In this document: positions 11,201 through 20,601 of the stretch, in pieces
Position numbering within the stretch: the stretch's first letter is position 1
Layout: every line of letters begins with the position of its first letter
From: Geopsychrobacteraceae bacterium
GTDB taxonomy: Bacteria > Desulfobacterota > Desulfuromonadia > Desulfuromonadales > Geopsychrobacteraceae
Assembly: GCA_963662315.1 (NCBI GenBank)
Contig: OY759353.1
Location: 640,001-704,000 of the forward strand
Length of the DNA stretch: 64,000 nucleotides
Direction of reading: 5' to 3'
Program-made: the position numbers and the translations under genes
Notes under the pieces: model-generated
Database searches by the model: none
Told to the model about the DNA's origin: nothing
What the model saw: the letters and a program-made list of their open reading frames with translations, nothing else

Positions 11201-14200
11201 CCCGGACCAGGCTATTGGGAGTTTTGGTGGTCTTCAACTGTCACCTGCGATGCGGGACCGTATCTTTTATGCTCCGCAGCCTCTGGCACACGCCGGGAAA
11301 ACCGCTTTTATCTTTCCTGGTTCGGGTAATCATTTTGCCGGAATGGGGCAGGAATTGGCACTATTGTGGCCTGAGGTTTATCAGCGCCAGGAACAGACCA
11401 GCGATTATCTTGCCAACCAGTATCAACCGTGGCATTTCTGGAACGGGGAACTGAAACCGGAGATCCAACGGGACCATAATGCCCTGGTTATCTCTCACGT
11501 TGCCTTGTGTACCGCCCTGCATGATTTGCTGCGGCGGTTTAACATTCATCCGCAAATGATCAGTGGCTACAGCCTTGGAGAATCGTCCGGTCTCTTTTCA
11601 AGCGGGGCTTGGGTCGATCGTGACGGCATGCTGAATCGTCTGCAAAAATCGCCACTGTTTTCCCATGATCTTGGTGGGGAGTGCCGCGCAGCGCGACGTA
11701 TCTGGAATCTGCCCCAGGGGGAAGCTGTCGATTGGACACTTGGTATAGTCAATGCGTCCGAGGAGCAAGTCAGGTCTGTTATTGTTGATATTCCACGCGC
11801 TTATCTGTTGATTGTTAATAGTTATCGTGAATGTGTTATTGGTGGGCAGCGTCAGGCTGTTGAAAAAGTTATTGCTGCTTTAGGCTGTCATTTTATCCCC
11901 CTTGAAGGCGTGACGACCGTTCATTGTGAAGTTACCAAAGCGGTTGCTGATGCGTATCGCGCTTTGCACCTGTTTCCGGTAACGGCTCCAAAACAGGTCG
12001 ATTACTATAGCTGTGCTCTTGGTAAAAAATACCCGCTGACGCCTGAAAACGCTGCCGATGTCATTTTGGCCCAGGCCCTCGATACTATCGATTATCCGCG
12101 CGTTATCGAGCAGTTGTACGCTGATGGTGCGCGCCTGTTTATTGAAGTGGGGCCAGGGAACTCCTGCAGCCGCATGATTACAAGTATTCTCGGTGATAAG
12201 GCGCATCTTGCCCGTTCTTTCTGCGCGCGTGGTGCCAGCCAGTACGGTCAGTTGCTGCGTATGCTTGGCCACTGCCTTGCTGAGGGTGTCAATGTCGACC
12301 TGGCGCCGCTGTTCAGCAAGCTGTCAACAAATGACGCCAGTGGGACTGAGGACAAAGCACGGCAGATTAATGTTCGGCTTAATCGTGATAAATTTGCTCC
12401 GCAGCTGCCACGGATAAAGAAGGTGACTCCTTTAACAAAAGTGCCAAAAGTCGAAGAACAAGGTCGCGTGGAACAAACTTCTGTGCAGCATTCTGCTCCT
12501 GCCGGTGTTACCGCAACCTTCAGCGACACCGGGACATCATCCTTGATCAGGAATTTCCAGGATTCTTTAGCCAGTAGTGCACTAGCCCATGAAGAATTCC
12601 TTGCTTTTAGTAAGACCATGGAAGAAGCGATGGCGCTTAATATTCAACAGCAAATGCAACTGCTGCACAATATGGATGGGGTCGGGCTGGATTATTCTGA
12701 TCTCGGTTTGGGCATCGCTGAAACACTTTCACCGCTTATTCAAGAATCTCCTCAGGTCAAGCGTGCCGATGTTGCTTTCGATCGCGCTATGTGCATGGAA
12801 TTTGCCATCGGTTCGGTTGGAAAAATGCTCGGACCCGAATTCGCTCCGGTTGATCAGTTCCCGACCCGGGTCAGGCTGCCCGATGAACCACTGATGCTGG
12901 TCGACCGGATCATGCTTGTCGAGGGTGAGCCACGTTCTTTGACTCATGGCCGGGTGGTAACGGAGCACGATGTCACCAGCGATCGCTGGTACCTTGATGG
13001 CAACCGGATTCCGACCTGTGTTGCCGTCGAAGCAGGGCAGGCGGATCTGTTCCTGTCCGGTTACCTGGGGATCGATTTTATTACGAAGGGGAAAGCGGTC
13101 TATCGTCTGCTTGATGCCGTGGTCACCTTTCATCGGGGCCTGCCACAACCTGGTGATGTCATTCGCTACGATATTAAAATCGAGCGTTTCTTCCGTCAGG
13201 ATCAGACCTATCTGTTCCGTTTCAATTTTGAAGGGACGGTTAACGGAGAACCGCTGCTGTCTATGGAAAAGGGGTGTGCCGGATTCTTTAGCGCGGAAGA
13301 ACTTGCCGCCGGTAAAGGTATCGTGCATACCAAACTGGACCTGATGCCTAAAGCAGGGAAGCTTCCGGCAGACTGGCAGGAGCTGGTCCCCCTGCAGGTC
13401 GAAGCATACAATGAAGCTCAGGTTAATGCTCTTTACGCGGGTGATATCGCCGGCTGCTTCGGTCCGCTTTTTCACCAACTGGCTCTGCGGCAGCCCTATA
13501 CCTTGCCAGGCGGAAAGCTTAAACTGGTCGATCGTGTCACCAGACTTGATCCACATGGTGGGCGTTACGGACTGGGGCAGATCAGTGCTGAAATGGATAT
13601 TGACCCCAAGGACTGGTTCCTGACCTGTCACTTTGTCGATGACCGGGTTATGCCCGGCACCCTCATGTATGAATGCTGTATGCATACGCTGCGCATTTAC
13701 CTGCTGCGGATGGGGTGGATCGGCGAAGAAGGGCAGACCTGGTGTGAACCGGTGCCCGGCGTCGCCAGTGGGCTTAAATGTCGTGGTCAGGTCACTGAAA
13801 CTACCAGGACGGTGACGTACCAGGTAAGTATCAAGGAGCTTGGCTACGGTCCGGAGCCGTTTGCCATTGTTGATGCCCTGATGTTTGCCGATGGGCATCC
13901 TATTGTTGAAATTCCCGATATGTCGGTCCGCTTAGCCGGTTTGGATCGCCACATGGTCGAGTCATTGTGGCAGGGGCGGACCTCAGCGGCTGTGGTTAAG
14001 AAAGAACGTAAGGTTCTTTATGATACCGACAGAATCACCGCTTTTGCCATCGGTAATCCGTCGGATGCTTTCGGTGAGCCGTACCGGGTTTTTGATCATG
14101 ACCGTAAAATAGCCCGTTTGCCGGGGCCTCCATTCCAGTTTCTTGATCGTATTGTCGAGCTTTCCGGTGAACCATGGAAACTGGTTGAGGGTGCCTCAGT

Positions 14201-15086
14201 TGTTTCCGAATATGATGTGCCTGTCGATGCCTGGTATTTTGCGGCCGGGCGACAGCCCGAAATGCCGTTCAGTGTTCTGCTTGAGATCGGCCTGCAACCC
14301 TGCGGCTGGTTGGCAGCCTATCTCGGTTCGGCGCTGACCAGCGAGGTTGATCTGTGTTTCCGTAACCTTGATGGTAATGCTGTTCAACTACGGGCCGTAA
14401 CCCCACAGACCGGTACTCTGTCGGTTGCAGTTACCATCACCCGGGTGGCCAGCAGCGGCGGGATGATTATTCAAGGGTATGATTTCACGGTGAGTGACCA
14501 GCAAGGTCCCGTTTACCAGGGGGACACTGTCTTTGGCTTCTTCTCCAAGGAAGCGTTAGCCCAGCAGGTTGGCGTACGTGGCGCTCAGCTGTACCAGGCG
14601 CATAGCACTGAAACAAGCCGCGCACAGAGCTTCCCATATCCGCAGGAAAGACCTTTCCCTGCGCCCCAGATGCGCATGGTTGACCATATTGATCTGTTTG
14701 TCGCGGATGGAGGCCCCAAAGGGCTTGGCTATATCCGTGGCAGCAAGCAGGTTGATCCCGGTGAATGGTTCTTTAAGGCCCACTTCTATCAGGATCCGGT
14801 CTGCCCCGGATCTTTGGGGTTGGAATCCTATCTGCAATTATTGAAAGTGGTTGCCGCGCAGCGTTGGGGCGTTGATGAGAACAGCTGTTTTGAAACGATT
14901 GCGCGCGGCATGAAGCATAGCTGGAACTATCGCGGTCAGGTGATTCCTGCCAATAATCAGGTTGTTATTGAGGCCGTTGTTACAGCAATTGATGATGAAC
15001 AGCAGCTGATTACGGCTGACGGATATCTGGCGGTCGATGGCAAAGTCATCTATCAAATGAAAAACTTTACCCTGAGATTACATTGA
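8235..15086 (+). CDS. pfaBC: PfaB/C fusion (KS-CLF-AT-FabA-like DH domains)
   Basis: KS motifs DAACASS, HATGT and NIGH; a CLF-like second KS domain; AT motif GYSLG; DH motifs WFLTCHFVDDRVMPG and WFFKAHFYQDPVCPG. Confidence 0.93.
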   Translation: MTSAQSVAIVGIGGEFPNSPDLKTYWNNIVHNVNTAQEPPAGRWLLDVDAVYDSQPGKADKVYSRKACFLPEEGDDSSIPGLDLDPDFVRGLDPMFRLLLRVGQQTLADVRGKALKRDRAGIIIGNLALPSEKSSALARCFLGQTFVEQLGSKPLSVPEPDVAPINRYVAGLPAAVLAKAIGFERTCFTVDAACASSLYAVKLAIDELICGRADAMLAGGLSRPDSLYTQMGFSQLHAVSPTGTCSPFDKNGNGLVVGEGCGLILLKRTEDAVRDGDHIYGIIRAVGLSNDIGGNLLAPASEGQQRAMRAAYRQAGWTPDDVDLIECHATGTPVGDKVEFESLQEVWKQQDWRYGQCVLGSVKANIGHLLTAAGSAALLKTVLSFHHEILPPTVNHSQAGSGIHLDASPFRILSRPEPWPRRDALTPRRAAVSAFGFGGINAHLLLEEYIPNSLKKNPVRLHPSVTGRQQPVAIVGIAASAGPWQNTMDIKRQLFGSPHDSKPENLNDWWGTEDSRWFGQLNNSGSSPQGYPIDTVTVAPGEFRIPPLELKEMLPRQLLMLKVAAQALKDAHLDKADLLFSGVYIGCGLDLNATNFSFRWGIEKYAPLWAQELGFNLDAEQLKQWVAQLRESAGPALTANRTMGALGSTVASRIAKEFKVGGPSFTLSCEETSGVKALEVGVHALQDGSINHAIVGAVDFGSDLRSVIPSRFTREEPNLAVPTDGAVALVLKRLEDAVQDKDRVYAVIGGTDSSICAGDSECFRKQATKCFDSFKRSSGVNVTGHSAIIRSRRASDLVVTDMASLLSEEPTGSASIKQTTDYFVGDSGAVAGLLAVVQGAFALYHKIVPGSALDRRGLSPQYWLTNKCEGDRHLLVYDCGPDGSAALVLLQESKAWEHHDSLPPDMFVPHAEGLFVLEGQNAAELIERCDALLDFSGSGADLPISALASRWYQRVKRPVQAKLHVCLVAATHSELHELLAFTRKSLVEHPDQAIGSFGGLQLSPAMRDRIFYAPQPLAHAGKTAFIFPGSGNHFAGMGQELALLWPEVYQRQEQTSDYLANQYQPWHFWNGELKPEIQRDHNALVISHVALCTALHDLLRRFNIHPQMISGYSLGESSGLFSSGAWVDRDGMLNRLQKSPLFSHDLGGECRAARRIWNLPQGEAVDWTLGIVNASEEQVRSVIVDIPRAYLLIVNSYRECVIGGQRQAVEKVIAALGCHFIPLEGVTTVHCEVTKAVADAYRALHLFPVTAPKQVDYYSCALGKKYPLTPENAADVILAQALDTIDYPRVIEQLYADGARLFIEVGPGNSCSRMITSILGDKAHLARSFCARGASQYGQLLRMLGHCLAEGVNVDLAPLFSKLSTNDASGTEDKARQINVRLNRDKFAPQLPRIKKVTPLTKVPKVEEQGRVEQTSVQHSAPAGVTATFSDTGTSSLIRNFQDSLASSALAHEEFLAFSKTMEEAMALNIQQQMQLLHNMDGVGLDYSDLGLGIAETLSPLIQESPQVKRADVAFDRAMCMEFAIGSVGKMLGPEFAPVDQFPTRVRLPDEPLMLVDRIMLVEGEPRSLTHGRVVTEHDVTSDRWYLDGNRIPTCVAVEAGQADLFLSGYLGIDFITKGKAVYRLLDAVVTFHRGLPQPGDVIRYDIKIERFFRQDQTYLFRFNFEGTVNGEPLLSMEKGCAGFFSAEELAAGKGIVHTKLDLMPKAGKLPADWQELVPLQVEAYNEAQVNALYAGDIAGCFGPLFHQLALRQPYTLPGGKLKLVDRVTRLDPHGGRYGLGQISAEMDIDPKDWFLTCHFVDDRVMPGTLMYECCMHTLRIYLLRMGWIGEEGQTWCEPVPGVASGLKCRGQVTETTRTVTYQVSIKELGYGPEPFAIVDALMFADGHPIVEIPDMSVRLAGLDRHMVESLWQGRTSAAVVKKERKVLYDTDRITAFAIGNPSDAFGEPYRVFDHDRKIARLPGPPFQFLDRIVELSGEPWKLVEGASVVSEYDVPVDAWYFAAGRQPEMPFSVLLEIGLQPCGWLAAYLGSALTSEVDLCFRNLDGNAVQLRAVTPQTGTLSVAVTITRVASSGGMIIQGYDFTVSDQQGPVYQGDTVFGFFSKEALAQQVGVRGAQLYQAHSTETSRAQSFPYPQERPFPAPQMRMVDHIDLFVADGGPKGLGYIRGSKQVDPGEWFFKAHFYQDPVCPGSLGLESYLQLLKVVAAQRWGVDENSCFETIARGMKHSWNYRGQVIPANNQVVIEAVVTAIDDEQQLITADGYLAVDGKVIYQMKNFTLRLH

Positions 15087-15204
15087 GTTGAAATGTATAA
15101 TCTCGCAAAAAACTGTTAGTGTGACTTCACCTTCGACGGTTTTCATGCTAAAAGAGCGTTCCAAACAGATCCTGATAACCTTTTACACGGCAAGTTGACG
15201 GTTA

Positions 15205-16248
15205 ATGAAATATTCAAAAGTTTACCTCGAATCTGTGGGCTATGAATTAGCTCCAATCGTAATGACCTCAAGTGAACTCGAGGGGCGTATTGCTCCGGTT
15301 TACGAAAAATTGCATATCGCACCAGGGCAGTTGGAAGCTTTGACCGGCATCCGCGAACGACGCTGGTGGAAACCGGGAACCCCGGTATCTCATGGTGCGA
15401 TTGCCGCGGCTAAAAAATGTTTGCAGGAACGCAATATCGCTCCTGAAGATATCGGTGCCGTGGTGTATGCCGGTGTCTGTCGGGAATACTTTGAGCCTGC
15501 CACTGCCTGCCATGTCGCTGCGGAGTTGGGTGTGCAGGGCAGTGCTGCTGTTTACGATATCTCCAATGCCTGCCTCGGGGTTCTTAACGGAGTTCTTGAT
15601 ATTGCCAACCGGATTGAATTGGGACAGATTCGCTGCGGTCTGGTTGTCGCTTGTGAAAGCAGTCGCGAAATCAATGAGATCATGATCAAGCAAATGCTTG
15701 ATAACCCAAGCATGGAACTGTTTACCCGTTCGCTTGCTACGTTGACCGGTGGCTCCGGGGCCGCTGCAGTCCTGTTGTCTGATGGCTCTTTCTCGCCGGT
15801 TCGTAAACCACGCTTGCTGGGAGGCGTCAATATCGCCGAGCCTCAACACAACGCCTTGTGCCGTTGGGGAATCAGAAGTGAAGCGGATGGGACTCATACC
15901 CCGTTTATGAATACCGATGCTGTTTCGGTCATGAAGTATGGCGTTGAGCTTGGTAAGAAAACCTGGGAAGCATTCACCCGTGAACTGGGTATCACCAGTG
16001 AACGGATTGATCGGGTTATCTGTCATCAGGTGGGTGAGGCTCACCAGCGTCTGATCCTGCAGTCGATCGGGGTCGATCCCGGCAAGGATTTTCCCACTTT
16101 TGAGTTCCTGGGCAATATGGGAACTGTTTCTCTGCCGATTACGGCAGCTATTGCCAAGGAGCGGGATATGATTCGTCCAGGTAACCTGGTTGGTTTCTTA
16201 GGGATCGGGAGTGGTTTGAACTGTCTGATGTTGGCGGTGCAATGGTGA
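15205..16248 (+). CDS. oleA: OleA acyl condensing enzyme (thiolase/FabH fold)
   Basis: Motifs EPATA, NACLG, HQVG, GNMG and GIGSGLN; first gene of an oleABCD block. Confidence 0.93.
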   Translation: MKYSKVYLESVGYELAPIVMTSSELEGRIAPVYEKLHIAPGQLEALTGIRERRWWKPGTPVSHGAIAAAKKCLQERNIAPEDIGAVVYAGVCREYFEPATACHVAAELGVQGSAAVYDISNACLGVLNGVLDIANRIELGQIRCGLVVACESSREINEIMIKQMLDNPSMELFTRSLATLTGGSGAAAVLLSDGSFSPVRKPRLLGGVNIAEPQHNALCRWGIRSEADGTHTPFMNTDAVSVMKYGVELGKKTWEAFTRELGITSERIDRVICHQVGEAHQRLILQSIGVDPGKDFPTFEFLGNMGTVSLPITAAIAKERDMIRPGNLVGFLGIGSGLNCLMLAVQW

Positions 16249-17156
16249 CAGGTAACCAGCTATTCGCCAGAGAATATCCTTTCGAGAGTCACTTTCTTGA
16301 TCTGGACGGGCTGAAGTACCACTACCTTGATGAAGGTGCCGGGGATCCGGTTATTATGCTGCATGGCAATCCTTCCTGGTCGTTTTACTACCGCAACCTG
16401 GTAAAAACGTTGCGCTCTGACTTTCGCACCATTGTCCCGGACCATATCGGTTGTGGGTTGTCTGACAAACCTGCGGACTCCCGGTACCGTTACACACTGT
16501 CTCAGCGGGTCGCAGATCTTGACCGCCTGATTAATCACCTGGATTTACCGAAAAAGGTAACGCTGGTTGTGCATGACTGGGGCGGTATGATCGGCATGGC
16601 CTGGGCTGCGTTAAATCCGGGCCGCCTGGCGCGTCTGGTGGTTCTGAACACGGCTGCGTTTCCGCTCCCTGCGTCCAAGCCGCTGCCTCTCGCTCTGAAA
16701 ATCTGTCGTAATACCCAATTCGGCGCATTTCTGATTCAGGGGGTCAATGCCTTCGCCCGCGGCGCGGCCTGGGTCGGTTGTAAGCGCAAACGCATGAGTG
16801 CTGAGCTGCGCAAGCTTTACTGCAGCCCCTATGACAACTGGCAGCATCGCGTTGCTACCTTGCGCTTTGTGCAGGATATTCCTCTGGCTGAAGGAGATAG
16901 CGGTTACGATCTGGTTAAACAGACCGAAGCGTCTTTGTCCGGATATGCTGACCTCCCGACCAGTATCTTCTGGGGGGAGAAAGATTTTGTCTTTGATCGC
17001 CATTTTCTGAAACAGTGGCAAATCCATATGCCCCAGGCAGAAGTCCATTCTTTTGCGGATTGCGGCCATTATATTCTTGAAGATGCCGCTTCAGAAATTA
17101 TTCCTTTGATTGAGAAGTTCCTCAAGAATAATCCGCTTGCGGAACAGGTGCCCTGA
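16242..17156 (+). CDS. oleB: OleB beta-lactone decarboxylase (alpha/beta hydrolase)
   Basis: Motifs HGNPSW, HDWGG and GHYILEDA; lies between oleA and oleC. Confidence 0.9.
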   Translation: MVTGNQLFAREYPFESHFLDLDGLKYHYLDEGAGDPVIMLHGNPSWSFYYRNLVKTLRSDFRTIVPDHIGCGLSDKPADSRYRYTLSQRVADLDRLINHLDLPKKVTLVVHDWGGMIGMAWAALNPGRLARLVVLNTAAFPLPASKPLPLALKICRNTQFGAFLIQGVNAFARGAAWVGCKRKRMSAELRKLYCSPYDNWQHRVATLRFVQDIPLAEGDSGYDLVKQTEASLSGYADLPTSIFWGEKDFVFDRHFLKQWQIHMPQAEVHSFADCGHYILEDAASEIIPLIEKFLKNNPLAEQVP

Positions 17157-17160
17157 TCCG

Positions 17161-18822
17161 ATGTCTGAGCGGCAGAATTTCAACATCGCTGCTTATCTAC
17201 CGCAGATGGCCGCTCTTCAGCCTGACACCCCGGCTGTCCACTTCCCGTTACAAGGGGAAGGTCCAGATAAATGCTATCTGACCTTGTCCTACCATCAGCT
17301 GAACCAGCGCAGCGATCAGATCGCGCACGGTCTCGAATCTATAGGCATAAGAAAAGGGGTTCGAAGCGCTTTAATGGTCAAGCCGTGCCCCGATTTTTTT
17401 GCCCTGACCTTTGCTTTGTTTAAAGTTGGCGCGGTTCCGGTTCTGATCGACCCTGGCATGGGGGTGAAGAATCTCAAGGTTTGTCTGGCCGAAGCTCAGC
17501 CACAGGCTTTTATTGGTATTCCTCAGGCACATGTTGCTCGTATCCTGCTCGGCTGGGGGAAGCAAAGCATAACGACTTTGTTAACCGTTGGGCGACGCTG
17601 GTTCTGGGGTGGAAAAAGTCTGGCTGCTTTGCTGGCCGGTGAATCAAACACAACAGCCTATCAGATGGTTTCCAGTGATGAAGACGATCTTGCCGCCATT
17701 TTATTTACCAGTGGCAGTACCGGGGTCCCTAAAGGGGCTGTCTATACCCATGGCAATTTTTCAGCCCAGGTTGAAGCGCTCAAGCAGGTGTACGCCATTG
17801 AGCCGGGAGAGATAGATTTGCCCACCTTCCCCTTGTTTGCCTTGTTTGCCCCGGCTCTTGGTATGACTTCAGTGATTCCTGAAATGGATTTTACCCGCCC
17901 GGGGAGTGTTGATCCGGAAAAAATCATTGGGGCAATTCAACGCTTTAAAGCCACAACCATGTTCGGATCCCCGGCGTTGATCCGCAGGGTTGGCGCGTTT
18001 GGTCAGACAGGTGGTATCAAGCTGCCCAGCCTCAAGCGGGTTATCTCTGCTGGGGCTCCAGTTCCGGCCGGGGTTTTGGAAAGCTTTTCCAGTATGCTTG
18101 CTGAAGGGGTCCAGATATTCACCCCCTATGGTGCCACAGAGTCCTTGCCGGTCTGTTCGGTTGGCAGTCAAACCATTCTGGAAGAGACGCGTTTTCTGAC
18201 CGATAAAGGGCAGGGGGTATGCATTGGCAAGCCGGTAGCAGGCATAACACTGAAAATAATCACCATTGATGATAATGCGATTGACACCTGGTCTGATGAT
18301 CTTGAGGTCACAGATGGAGAGATTGGTGAAATTGTGGTTCAGGGTCCTCAGGTGACGCGCAGTTACTTTAACCGTGATGAATCGACCCGATTGGCTAAAA
18401 TCAGCTCTGGAGACGGGCGTTTTTATCATCGTATGGGTGACCTGGGCTATCGTGATGAACAAGGCCGCATCTGGTTTTGCGGACGTAAAGCCCACCGGGT
18501 TGACGTTGGAGAACAGCGCCTGTTTACAATCCCCTGTGAGGCGTTGTTCAATACTCATCCAGCGGTATTCAGATCCGCGCTGGTCGGGATTCAGGTGCGA
18601 GGCAACACCCTGCCGGTTATCTGTGTTGAGCTGACTTCAGAGGCACACAATGCTGACAAAAAACAGCTTGTTGCCGAATTGAGCGAACTGGCCAGATCAA
18701 ACGAGCTGACCCAATCGATCAATACCTTTTTGTTTCATAAGAGTTTTCCTGTAGATATCCGGCATAACGCTAAAATTTTCCGTGAAAAACTCGCAGTCTG
18801 GGCGCAGGAGCAATTGTCATGA
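17161..18822 (+). CDS. oleC: OleC beta-lactone synthetase (AMP-dependent ligase)
   Basis: Motifs FTSGSTGVPKG, YGATESLP, HRMGDLG and C-terminal VDIRHNAKIFREKL. ATG 17161, just after oleB, taken as the start. Confidence 0.92.
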   Translation: MSERQNFNIAAYLPQMAALQPDTPAVHFPLQGEGPDKCYLTLSYHQLNQRSDQIAHGLESIGIRKGVRSALMVKPCPDFFALTFALFKVGAVPVLIDPGMGVKNLKVCLAEAQPQAFIGIPQAHVARILLGWGKQSITTLLTVGRRWFWGGKSLAALLAGESNTTAYQMVSSDEDDLAAILFTSGSTGVPKGAVYTHGNFSAQVEALKQVYAIEPGEIDLPTFPLFALFAPALGMTSVIPEMDFTRPGSVDPEKIIGAIQRFKATTMFGSPALIRRVGAFGQTGGIKLPSLKRVISAGAPVPAGVLESFSSMLAEGVQIFTPYGATESLPVCSVGSQTILEETRFLTDKGQGVCIGKPVAGITLKIITIDDNAIDTWSDDLEVTDGEIGEIVVQGPQVTRSYFNRDESTRLAKISSGDGRFYHRMGDLGYRDEQGRIWFCGRKAHRVDVGEQRLFTIPCEALFNTHPAVFRSALVGIQVRGNTLPVICVELTSEAHNADKKQLVAELSELARSNELTQSINTFLFHKSFPVDIRHNAKIFREKLAVWAQEQLS

Positions 18823-19811
18823 AAGCTCTTGTCACCGGAGGCGGAGGTTTTCTTGGCGGAGCCATTGTCAGATGCCTTCTGGGCGATGGTTATAAGGTTC
18901 GCTCTCTGGCCCGCAACACCTATCTTGACCTTGAACAGCTGGGGGTTGAGCAGGTTTCCGGAAGTCTAGATGATTTCGAAGCCGTAAGCCGTGCTGTTTC
19001 CGGCTGTGATCTGGTTTTTCACGTGGCCGCCAAGGCAGGCGTATGGGGGAACTGGGATGATTTTTATCGTCCCAACGTCATGGGGACCAGGCATGTTGTC
19101 GAGGCTTGTCGTAACGCTGGTGTCAGGCGGTTGGTGTTTACCAGCTCGCCCAGTGTCGTTTTCAATGGCCAGGATATGGAAGGCGTTGACGAGTCGGTTC
19201 CGTACCCTGATCATTACCTGTCGTACTATCCGCAAACCAAGGCTGAAGCAGAGCGAATTGTTCTGGCCGCCAATGACAATGACCTGGCGACAGTCGCATT
19301 ACGTCCACATCTTATCTGGGGTCCTGGTGACAACCATCTGGTTCCGCGTATTCTTGAGCGTGGCCGGGCTGGCGCTTTGCGACGCATTGGGCCTAAAAAT
19401 GCCCTGGTTGATACGGTCTATATTGATAATGCCGCCTGGGCCCATCTCGATGCTGCCAAGCACCTTGATATTGGTTCTGTCGTTGCAGGTAAAGCTTATT
19501 TTATCTCCAATAATGATCCTCGACCTCTCTGGGATATTGTCAATGCTATTCTGGCGGCCGGGGAGGTACGACCCGTAAACAAAGTTCTTCCTGCAAAAAC
19601 GGCCTATGCGATAGGTGCATGTCTGGAGGTGGTCTATCGGTTATTGCGGCTGAAAGGGGAGCCGCGGCTGACCAGGTTTGTTGCAGAGGAACTGTCCACA
19701 GCTCACTGGTTTGATTTGTCTGCAGCCAGAAATGATTTCGGTTACCAGCCACGAGTTTCGATTGAAGATGGCATGCACCTGTTGCGCAAGTGGCTTAGCC
19801 AAAGGGACTAA
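18819..19811 (+). CDS. oleD: OleD 2-alkyl-3-oxoalkanoate reductase (extended SDR)
   Basis: Motifs TGGGGFLG, YPQTK and RPHLIWGPGD; ATGA overlap with oleC. Confidence 0.92.
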   Translation: MKALVTGGGGFLGGAIVRCLLGDGYKVRSLARNTYLDLEQLGVEQVSGSLDDFEAVSRAVSGCDLVFHVAAKAGVWGNWDDFYRPNVMGTRHVVEACRNAGVRRLVFTSSPSVVFNGQDMEGVDESVPYPDHYLSYYPQTKAEAERIVLAANDNDLATVALRPHLIWGPGDNHLVPRILERGRAGALRRIGPKNALVDTVYIDNAAWAHLDAAKHLDIGSVVAGKAYFISNNDPRPLWDIVNAILAAGEVRPVNKVLPAKTAYAIGACLEVVYRLLRLKGEPRLTRFVAEELSTAHWFDLSAARNDFGYQPRVSIEDGMHLLRKWLSQRD

Positions 19812-19813
19812 AG

Positions 19814-20488
19814 ATGTCTTTATGGAAAACCTCTCCAATAGAGATTTCTGCCACCGATTCGTTTTTGCATATATTCAGATTCCCCTTATCCCGCCCTGAT
19901 GATGACCAGCTTTTCAGGCAGCTACTGTCGACAGATGAATTACAGCGTTTGGCGCGACTGGTCATGCCTGATAAGCAGAATCAGTTTCTGCTAAGCCGTG
20001 GATTGTTGCGGAAAATCCTAAGTTTTTATCTTAAGAAAGACCCTGCAAGTATCTGTTTTAAAGTAACCTTGTCTGGAAAGCCAAGCCTTGCATATGCTCC
20101 CTTCCCGTTGTACTTCAATGTCAGCCATTCTGATCAATTCGGTGTAGTCGCCGTAGCCAGTACAATGGTCGGTATCGATATTGAGCGGATTAAAGATCGC
20201 TTGGATTTTCCAAGAATCGGAGCTCTGTATTTCAACAGGGCAGAACAGGATATTTTGAATAACTATCCGGCGCACCGTAAGCGCCGTGGTTTTTATCGAC
20301 TCTGGACCAATAAAGAAGCCCGGCTGAAGATGCTGGGTTGTGGTTTTATCGAACCTGACGCTCAAATGCCCGAAAATGCCTTTCAACACTATTTTTATGT
20401 AGCTCCAGGCTATGTCGCATCTGTCGCCATGAATGCTGCGCCTGATAAGATCGCACGTTTTAACCTGCTTCAATCAAATATTATTTAA
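19814..20488 (+). CDS. pfaE: Sfp-type 4'-phosphopantetheinyl transferase
   Basis: Motifs GKP, FNVSHS, VGIDIE and WTNKEARLK; ends the pfa-ole cluster. Confidence 0.88.
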   Translation: MSLWKTSPIEISATDSFLHIFRFPLSRPDDDQLFRQLLSTDELQRLARLVMPDKQNQFLLSRGLLRKILSFYLKKDPASICFKVTLSGKPSLAYAPFPLYFNVSHSDQFGVVAVASTMVGIDIERIKDRLDFPRIGALYFNRAEQDILNNYPAHRKRRGFYRLWTNKEARLKMLGCGFIEPDAQMPENAFQHYFYVAPGYVASVAMNAAPDKIARFNLLQSNII

Positions 20489-20601
20489 GCGTCACCGGCC
20501 TGGATTTTTCCTTTTTGAAACTCTTTATCAGATCCTGCTATTATTGAAGTAAATGATGTTCCGGCCTTTTGAATTGTTCTGTTGATTTTTAAGGGAATTA
20601 T

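Noticed and set aside
12729..13898. 389-aa minus-strand ORF, and similar ones at 15268-16044, 21127-21930, 23860-24576 and 29613-30641
   Set aside because: These are antisense shadows of well-supported genes and have no recognisable motifs.
16242..17156. Haloalkane dehalogenase call
   Set aside because: Same fold and motifs, but the position within oleA-C-D identifies it as OleB.
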